In this document: one piece after another, positions 15,396 through 20,844 of the stretch
Layout: each line of letters opens with the position of its first letter
How positions within the stretch are numbered: position 1 is the stretch's first letter
Origin: Candidatus Xenobia bacterium
Lineage (GTDB): Bacteria; Vulcanimicrobiota; Xenobia; Xenobiales; QWHO01
Reading direction: 5' to 3'
Length of the DNA: 20,844 nucleotides
NCBI GenBank assembly: GCA_045863235.1
Contig: BTUM01000116.1
Location: 1-20,844, forward strand
Notes under the pieces: model-generated
Told to the model about the DNA's origin: nothing
Seen by the model: only the letters and a program-made list of their open reading frames with translations
The model's database searches: none
Made by a program: the position numbers and the translations under genes

Positions 15396-16931
15396 CTGAG
15401 CACTCTGGAAGCGCGCCTGAGCGCGCTCTACCTCGGGGCGCTCCGGCTGGCGGTGCTGGGGGCCCTGGTGTTCGTGGTGTTCTTCCCGGCCATCCCGGCC
15501 ATCGACCTCTGGTTCTGGAACCCCGCCGCTCCGGGAGCCCAGGCGGTCCGGCTGAACCCGCTCGGCATCCTGCTCGACATCCTGCACAACACCGACTCCG
15601 GCGGTCAGCAGGCCTCCGGCACCGGGCTGTTGCGCGGCGTGGTGCTGGTGGCCGGCGGCCTCTGGCTCATGCGGCTGCGCCGACTTCCCCCCCGGCTGGC
15701 CCCCCTGGTGCTGTGCGGCCTGGTTTTCCTGGGCGTGGCCCTGATTTCCAGCCTGCGCTCGAGCCACGTGCACGACGCCCTGCTGAGCTGGCTCGACTAC
15801 GTCGTCGTCTGGCTGGCCTTTCTGATTGCCGCTGACCTCACCTGCGAGCTCCAGCACGCCGGATGGAGCGTCTCCACCGCCCTGGCTCGCCTTCTGGTCG
15901 TCACCGCCGCCTTCGTCATGCCGGCGGCCATCGTGCGCTTCATGGTGGACGTGGGCAAGGACTACGGAGCCATGTCCGGCTCCTTCTACCAGCCAAACAT
16001 GTTCTCGTCTTATCTCGAGTTCGCGCTGGGAGCGGGCCTTGCGCTCTACCTGGCCCGCCCCCCGGGTGTCGCCCCGTCCCCATCCCCCCAGCCGCGCCCG
16101 CTCTTCAGCGCCAGCTTCTGGCCCTGGCTGGCCGGGGGCGTCCTGGTGAGCGTCATCGTGGGACTTTACCGCTCCTACTCCCAGGGCGCCTGGATCGTGT
16201 CCTGGGCCATCCTGTTGCTGGTGCTGGCCCTGCTTGCCCCCCATCGCCCCTGGCTCCGCTATCTGTTGACCTGCCTGGCCATCCTGGCTCTGGCTGCGCT
16301 GGCCGCTCTCGGTTTCCGCTCCTTCAGCCCCCTGCTGGCCCTGGCTGCGCTGGGACAACTGGCCCTGCTCTTCTGGCTGCTCCGCCCCCTGTCGCCCCCC
16401 ACCACCCTGTATCTCGTCGTGCTGGCCCTGGCCGCCTTCCTGATGGCGCGCCAGGTCGTGCCGCTGGTGGCCAAGGTCGATCCCACCGAGCGCGCCCTGA
16501 CCGTGGCCCGGGGCACCGACGTCAACGTCCACGCCCGCTTCGTCTTCTACCGGGGGGCCCTGAGGATCTTCGCTCAGCATCCCCTGCTGGGGGTTGGTCC
16601 CCAGGGCTTCCAACGCTACTACCCCCAGTATCAAGAAGACGTGATCTACTTCTCCAAGTTCAGCCACTGCATCTGGCTCACCATCTTGTGCGAGACCGGC
16701 CTGGCCGGCTTTCTGCCCGTCCTGGCGGGCACCGGCTGGGCATTCTGGATGGCCCTGCGCTGGCCCGGTCGAGCCCCCGCCCGGGCCGGGTTGCTGGCCG
16801 GCGCCACCGGATTCCTGGTCCACTCCACCTTTGACGTGCAGTGGGAGTTTCTGGCCCTACCCCTGACCCTGGCCGTGGTGGCCGGGGTGCTGGTGGGCGA
16901 GGTGGTCGAGGAGGCTCCTCTTGGCGACTGA
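15396..16931 (+). CDS. O-antigen ligase-like (Wzy_C/WaaL/O-oligosaccharyltransferase family) membrane protein
   Basis: Polytopic, with motifs GSFYQPNMFSSYL, SYSQGAW, RFVFYRGALRIFAQHPLLGVGPQGFQRYY, SHCIWLTILCETGLAG and FLVHSTFD. Track start is GTG 15453; an in-frame CTG at 15396 follows the upstream stop by 1 nt. Confidence 0.85.
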   Translation: MSTLEARLSALYLGALRLAVLGALVFVVFFPAIPAIDLWFWNPAAPGAQAVRLNPLGILLDILHNTDSGGQQASGTGLLRGVVLVAGGLWLMRLRRLPPRLAPLVLCGLVFLGVALISSLRSSHVHDALLSWLDYVVVWLAFLIAADLTCELQHAGWSVSTALARLLVVTAAFVMPAAIVRFMVDVGKDYGAMSGSFYQPNMFSSYLEFALGAGLALYLARPPGVAPSPSPQPRPLFSASFWPWLAGGVLVSVIVGLYRSYSQGAWIVSWAILLLVLALLAPHRPWLRYLLTCLAILALAALAALGFRSFSPLLALAALGQLALLFWLLRPLSPPTTLYLVVLALAAFLMARQVVPLVAKVDPTERALTVARGTDVNVHARFVFYRGALRIFAQHPLLGVGPQGFQRYYPQYQEDVIYFSKFSHCIWLTILCETGLAGFLPVLAGTGWAFWMALRWPGRAPARAGLLAGATGFLVHSTFDVQWEFLALPLTLAVVAGVLVGEVVEEAPLGD

Positions 16932-17814
16932 GCGCTCCTCCTGGAGCATCCGACCCCGGCTGCTGGTGCAGTTTGTGCTGGCCACCCTCCTCTTCGCCCT
17001 GGCCTACGCCAACTTTCTGGCCATCTTCAGCGAGGTGGCCCAGCGCAACGGACTGGCCCACGCCAACGCCCGCCACTACGACAAGGCCGAGCAGGCCTAT
17101 CGCCAGGCGCTGCTGCTCGACCCGCTCTGGGGGGAGAACTATCGCCACCTGGCCCTGCTGCTGCTCAGCCAGCTCACCCCCGAGTCCCCGGCCGAGTTGC
17201 GCCAACAGGTGTTGGATCTTTCCCAAGTCGCGGTGCGGCTCGACGGCCACCGTCCCGTCACCCAGAGCCTGCTCGGTCAGGTCAAGGCCGAGCTCGGTGA
17301 TCTGCAGGGCGCCCGCCAGGCCTATCTCAGGGCCCTGGAGCTCGACCCGGTCAACTATCCCGCCTTCTATATGGAGCTGGCCAATTTGGAGGCCCGCAGC
17401 GGCAACTCCCAGCGCGCCGGAGAGCTGCTCGAGCTCGCTCGCCAGCGCTTCCCCATCGACAGCCTGGACAAGATGCTCGACTTCCGCGCCGAGGCCATTC
17501 GCGAGCCGCTCAGCATGATCTACGCCGCTTCCGGAGCCCGTGAGAACCCCGCCCTCCACCCCGCAGCCGCCGAACCTTACTTCAAGACCGCACTGTTTCT
17601 CTACAAGAACAACGCTGACGCTCTCTTCGGCCTGGGGGTGGCCCAGCTCAGCCAGGGCCGTGTGAAAGAGGCCATCGCCTCCCTCGAGAAGGTGGACAAG
17701 CTGGTGCCCGACTTTGTCCCCTGCCTGAGCTACCTGCAGCAGGCCTACCTCGCCGACGGCCAGCGCGACAGGGCGGCGGCTGTCGGAGCGCGGCTCGAGA
17801 AGCTGCAGCCCTGA
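16921..17814 (+). CDS. Membrane-anchored TPR protein
   Basis: TTG with GAGGAGG 6 nt upstream, overlapping the previous gene by 11 nt. N-terminal hydrophobic helix LLVQFVLATLLFALAYANFLAIF. TPRs such as AEQAYRQALLLDP and ARQAYLRALELDP. Confidence 0.85.
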   Translation: MATERSSWSIRPRLLVQFVLATLLFALAYANFLAIFSEVAQRNGLAHANARHYDKAEQAYRQALLLDPLWGENYRHLALLLLSQLTPESPAELRQQVLDLSQVAVRLDGHRPVTQSLLGQVKAELGDLQGARQAYLRALELDPVNYPAFYMELANLEARSGNSQRAGELLELARQRFPIDSLDKMLDFRAEAIREPLSMIYAASGARENPALHPAAAEPYFKTALFLYKNNADALFGLGVAQLSQGRVKEAIASLEKVDKLVPDFVPCLSYLQQAYLADGQRDRAAAVGARLEKLQP

Positions 17815-18083
17815 CGATGCTCGTGGGCCGCCAGGAAGAGCGCGGAGGGCGCGGAGAGAAGTGGCCGACATCTGTTCGAGTGGTCGACTGGAAATAGCTG
17901 CGGTGTTCGATTCTTGAACCGCCGGTTCATAACCCGGCCCGAGGCCGGGGGTAACCAGCACGGGGAGCTTGCTGGACCGGGGGAGCTCTCGTGGCGCTCA
18001 ACGATCAAGCGCGGACAGGGCAGGGAAGGCCACGCACACGTCGGTAAAGTTTTTTTCAGCTCCACAAGCTAGTCTACAGTGCA

Positions 18084-19739
18084 ATGGTTTCGACCCCCAC
18101 CGGATGGGGGCCGGCTGTACCCTGGTTCAATCCGGCGCGCCCCAGCGTGTCCACGCCCGAGCCGCGCCTGAAGGACATGGTGTGCCTTTCCGGTCCCGCA
18201 AAACCCTCGCGCCCGTGGTACAACCGGCTCAAGGACTGGGCCTTCGGCTCGACCCGGCAGGCCGCGCTGGATCAGGTGCCGGCGCCCGCTCAGCCCGTGC
18301 GCGTCGCCCTCCAGCAGGCCCCGGCGGAACAGCGCCAGCAGCCCCCGCCCCCGGTCAAGTCCGACCAGGCCCCGCAAGAGATCCTGGCCAGTCTGCAAGG
18401 CATGCGTCCTGGAGAGCGCGTCCAGCAGTTGGCGACCGCCTACTCCGCGCTCCAGTCCACATGCCCCCAGCACGTCGAGCTGGCCAGGACAGCGTCCAGG
18501 GCGGCCGACGACAACGAGCCGCTGGGCCTGTTCGCGGTGGCCGTGTTGCGGGCCGGCCTGGAGGGCAAGTCCCTCGAGGAGGCGGCTCTGGCGGGACTGG
18601 ATGCGATCCCCTCCGGCTACCCGTCCAACGCGGCCAGGATCGGCCTGGCGGTGGCCCAGAACCTCCCCAGCCAGCAGCTGGCCCGGGCCGCGGTCCAGGC
18701 GGTGGAGGACAGCACCGTCAAGAACTGCCTGATCCGCGCCGGCCTCCAGTCGACCGGCAAGCCTGCGGGACAGCGGGCACTGGCCATGCTCGAGGCCATT
18801 CCGGGCAACTACCCCTCCAACAAACGCATGGCCAGCGATGCGCTCATGAAAGAGCTTTCCCAAGATCCGGAGCTCGGGCCCGCGATCAAGCTCGCGAGCA
18901 AGCTGGGCAGGGCGTGCGACGATGCCAGCCTGCCCTCCGAGATCCACCTGACAATTCTGAAGAAACGCCTGCAAGGCGAGCAGAACCCGGGCAAGCTGGC
19001 CATGGCCGGCATCGCGAGCATCTCGAGCAACTACCCCTCCAACCGCTCGATGGTCGTGCGTGCCGCCATCGAGGAGCTGCAGGACGACCCCAACCTGGCC
19101 GGCTACGCCCGCCTGGGAAAGAGCATGACGAAGGCCCTGGAGGATAGCAAGCTGGCCGCCCCGATTGGCCTGAGCGTGATCGAGAGCGGCCTGGGCAATC
19201 TCACCCTGGCCCAGACCGCCAGAGCCGCGATGGACGTCATTCCGTCCAGCTACCCGACCAACAAGAACCTGGTCGGAAAGGCCGTGCTCCAGGCTCTGGC
19301 CGAGTCTCCGGACGTGCAGCTGGCCCAGAGGATGGTCGACGGCAGCGACGACACGGGCTGCCAGAATGGAATGATCCTGGCCGCGCTCGAGATCGTGACG
19401 GGCGAGCAAAAAGACCCCCTGGTCGTGACCGGGCAGAAACTGCTGGCCACCATCCCCAGCAACTATCCGACCAATCGCAAGAACGTCGGGAACGCCCTGC
19501 TCAAGCAGTTGCGCACGCACTACACCGACCCGGATGCCCGGGCCAAGATCGATCGGGCTCTGCAATCTCCGGGGGAGATCGATGCCGTCCTCCAGGAGCT
19601 GGTGAACAGCAAGACCGCGGCGGAGGAGGTCGCAGCCCTGGCGGGCGCGGTCACGGGAAAGGAGAACAAAGCCGGCATCGAAGAGCGCGGCTCGGTGGTC
19701 GTCATCGGCGGAGTCCGGGTCAAGGTGAAAAGTCAGTAA
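18084..19739 (+). CDS. Hypothetical alpha-helical repeat protein (551 aa) with five I[PS]xxYP[ST]N repeats
   Basis: Long ORF with strong GC3 bias, preceded by an AT-richer intergenic segment. The repeat motif occurs at 18606, 18798, 19020, 19239 and 19452. Confidence 0.85.
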   Translation: MVSTPTGWGPAVPWFNPARPSVSTPEPRLKDMVCLSGPAKPSRPWYNRLKDWAFGSTRQAALDQVPAPAQPVRVALQQAPAEQRQQPPPPVKSDQAPQEILASLQGMRPGERVQQLATAYSALQSTCPQHVELARTASRAADDNEPLGLFAVAVLRAGLEGKSLEEAALAGLDAIPSGYPSNAARIGLAVAQNLPSQQLARAAVQAVEDSTVKNCLIRAGLQSTGKPAGQRALAMLEAIPGNYPSNKRMASDALMKELSQDPELGPAIKLASKLGRACDDASLPSEIHLTILKKRLQGEQNPGKLAMAGIASISSNYPSNRSMVVRAAIEELQDDPNLAGYARLGKSMTKALEDSKLAAPIGLSVIESGLGNLTLAQTARAAMDVIPSSYPTNKNLVGKAVLQALAESPDVQLAQRMVDGSDDTGCQNGMILAALEIVTGEQKDPLVVTGQKLLATIPSNYPTNRKNVGNALLKQLRTHYTDPDARAKIDRALQSPGEIDAVLQELVNSKTAAEEVAALAGAVTGKENKAGIEERGSVVVIGGVRVKVKSQ

Positions 19740-19916
19740 GCCCGGATGACCTTTCTCCCCCATGGCGTGCTTGACGATGATTTCAGTCCGATGATCGGCC
19801 CGCTACCGAGGGGGCTCGAGCCATCGCGATGACCAGCGGAGGCGGCCGGGTCGTGATCGAGCCGGGAGACGGTCAGGTCGCAGGCCTTCCCGAGCCGCGG
19901 ACAGCGGAGCCCGCGA

Positions 19917-20330
19917 ATGAAGCGCTCTCGCCTGCGCGAGCACCCCGAGCAGGTCCCCCAACCGGAACGCGACCTGATGGCGGGGGAGGACAAGCAGCTC
20001 TCCGTGACCGAGATCGCCGGGCTCGACCTGGCGCCGGTTCGACTCGTGACCCTGTCCGCGTGCCAGACCGCGCTGGCCGAGCGCGACCCGGAAGTAGGCG
20101 CCGAGCTGACCAGCCTTTGCGTTCGCGGGCAGCCCTCGCTGGTCGCCAGCCTGTGGAAGGTGTCCGACCGCAGCACCCACACGCTGATGCTGGAGTTCTA
20201 CCGCCAACTCGCGGCGGGGAAGCCGCGAGCCGAGGCCCTGCGCCTGGCCGAGCTGGCCCTGCTCGGCCAGCCGGAGACGACCCACCCCTACCACTGGGCG
20301 GGCTTCGAGCTGCTGGGAGACTGGCGTTAG
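19917..20330 (+). pseudogene. C-terminal fragment of a CHAT (caspase-like peptidase) domain, probably a pseudogene
   Basis: LSVTEIAGLDL..VRLVTLSACQTAL, PSLVASLWKVSD..T..LMLEFYRQL and HPYHWAGFELLGDWR are hallmark CHAT C-terminal motifs. The catalytic His half is not in this ORF, and the 'AFxxAG' segment lies out of frame. Confidence 0.75.
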
Positions 20331-20413
20331 TGCAAGAGCTGGCGCGGTTCTGTTCGAGAGGACTTTCGCTCTGAGCCGCAAGAAACCCCGACATTGAAGC
20401 AGGTTCAAGTCAA

Positions 20414-20844
20414 ATGCAGCTCACCCTCGATCCTTCTGCCGAGCAGCTGACCTGTCGCCTGACCCCGAGCGGAAGGCTCGAGGTCTCCGGGGGCGGGGGG
20501 CGCATCGTTGCCGCCTTTGCAGCCGGGCGGGGCGAGGGCATCCTGCACCTTGCCCTGAAAGAGCACTCCGCCGACCTGCCCCCGAGCCTGGCGTTCTGGC
20601 GCGCGGTCGGGCAAGCCTATCTGGCCCGGGTCTGCAGCGCGATCGAGCCGGACGATCCTTACACGGCCATCCTTCCCGATCTGCCAGCGAGCGAGCTCGA
20701 GGCCATGGTCGAGGCCGTGCCGCCCGGTCCAGGGATCGAGCGCTTGACTCCAGAGCTTCTCAAAGGCTGTCTCCACGACATGGGGTCGGCCCTGGTCGCC
20801 GCGACCCGGGCCCCCCCCCACCGGCAGCAGGGCGGCGTGGCACG
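20414..20844 (+). CDS. 5' part of a probable SNF2-family helicase (3'-truncated by the window end)
   Basis: Absent from the ORF track because it has no stop. Manual translation gives MQLTLDPSAEQLTCRLTPSGRL...AAFAAGRGEGILHLALKE...LPPSLAFWRAVGQAYLARVC...VPPGPGIERLTPELL. This resembles the N-terminus I recall for SWIM-associated bacterial SNF2 ATPases (LTP.G.L..AF..G.G.GLL.L..LPP.L.WR). Helicase motifs would lie outside the window. Confidence 0.6.
   Translation, partial: MQLTLDPSAEQLTCRLTPSGRLEVSGGGGRIVAAFAAGRGEGILHLALKEHSADLPPSLAFWRAVGQAYLARVCSAIEPDDPYTAILPDLPASELEAMVEAVPPGPGIERLTPELLKGCLHDMGSALVAATRAPPHRQQGGVA

Noticed and set aside
16908..16931. prfB-style programmed +1 frameshift at CTT (16920)
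   Set aside because: The CTT is not directly followed by a stop, re-pairing on TTG is poor, and the SD spacing fits ordinary initiation at TTG 16921 better.
17880..18040. ZTP (pfl) riboswitch or tRNA-like element (GACTGG..., GGTAACC..GGGGAGC, GTTCGATTC)
   Set aside because: Only scattered words match. The conserved 3' GCCTGGGC hairpin of ZTP riboswitches and a tRNA cloverleaf are absent, and the downstream gene is not purine/folate related.
18045..18071. Sigma-28 promoter (TAAAGTTT at 18045)
   Set aside because: The -35-like word is present, but no GCCGATAA-like -10 occurs at the expected spacing.
9478..19763. Antisense ORFs 9478..10479, 12554..14629, 15336..16823, 16678..17961 and 18069..19763
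   Set aside because: Each mirrors a well-supported + strand gene, as expected in high-GC DNA.
19917..20330. CHAT as part of a Craspase/TPR-CHAT anti-phage system
   Set aside because: The fragment lacks the catalytic His region and any TPR sensor, and there is no CRISPR, gasdermin or other defence gene in the window.

Overview
High-GC bacterial DNA (roughly two-thirds G+C by eye) with every credible gene on the + strand. Positions 2-17814 form one tightly packed, operon-like run (gaps of 35 nt or less): (1) a 5'-truncated TPR protein of at least 1319 aa with a long acidic FG-repeat N-terminal region; (2) a 1482-aa TPR protein sharing its C-terminal 'CYAVDIxYRDV' TPR cap (SgmX-like); (3) a single-pass membrane protein with a disordered tail; (4) a tandem PATAN/DUF2226-like (possibly RomY-like) protein; (5) a GT-C glycosyltransferase; (6) a stand-alone Roadblock/LC7 (MglB/MglC-like) protein; (7) a single-domain response regulator; (8) a soluble GAF-PAS histidine kinase; (9) a TPR-Roadblock fusion; (10) an O-antigen-ligase-like protein; and (11) a membrane-anchored TPR protein. 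My best interpretation (inference) is an uncharacterised Mgl-type cell-polarity/type IV pilus control module, with a possible condensate-forming FG scaffold, co-transcribed with surface glycosylation enzymes. No MglA GTPase is in the window. Downstream are a 551-aa protein with five ~70-aa 'YP[ST]N' repeats and an 'IGGVRV' C-terminal tail, a decayed CHAT-protease fragment, and the 5' end of a probable SNF2 helicase. The lineage may be Eremiobacterota/Vulcanimicrobiota (recollection only, unverified). All family calls come from motif recognition by eye, not from database searches.
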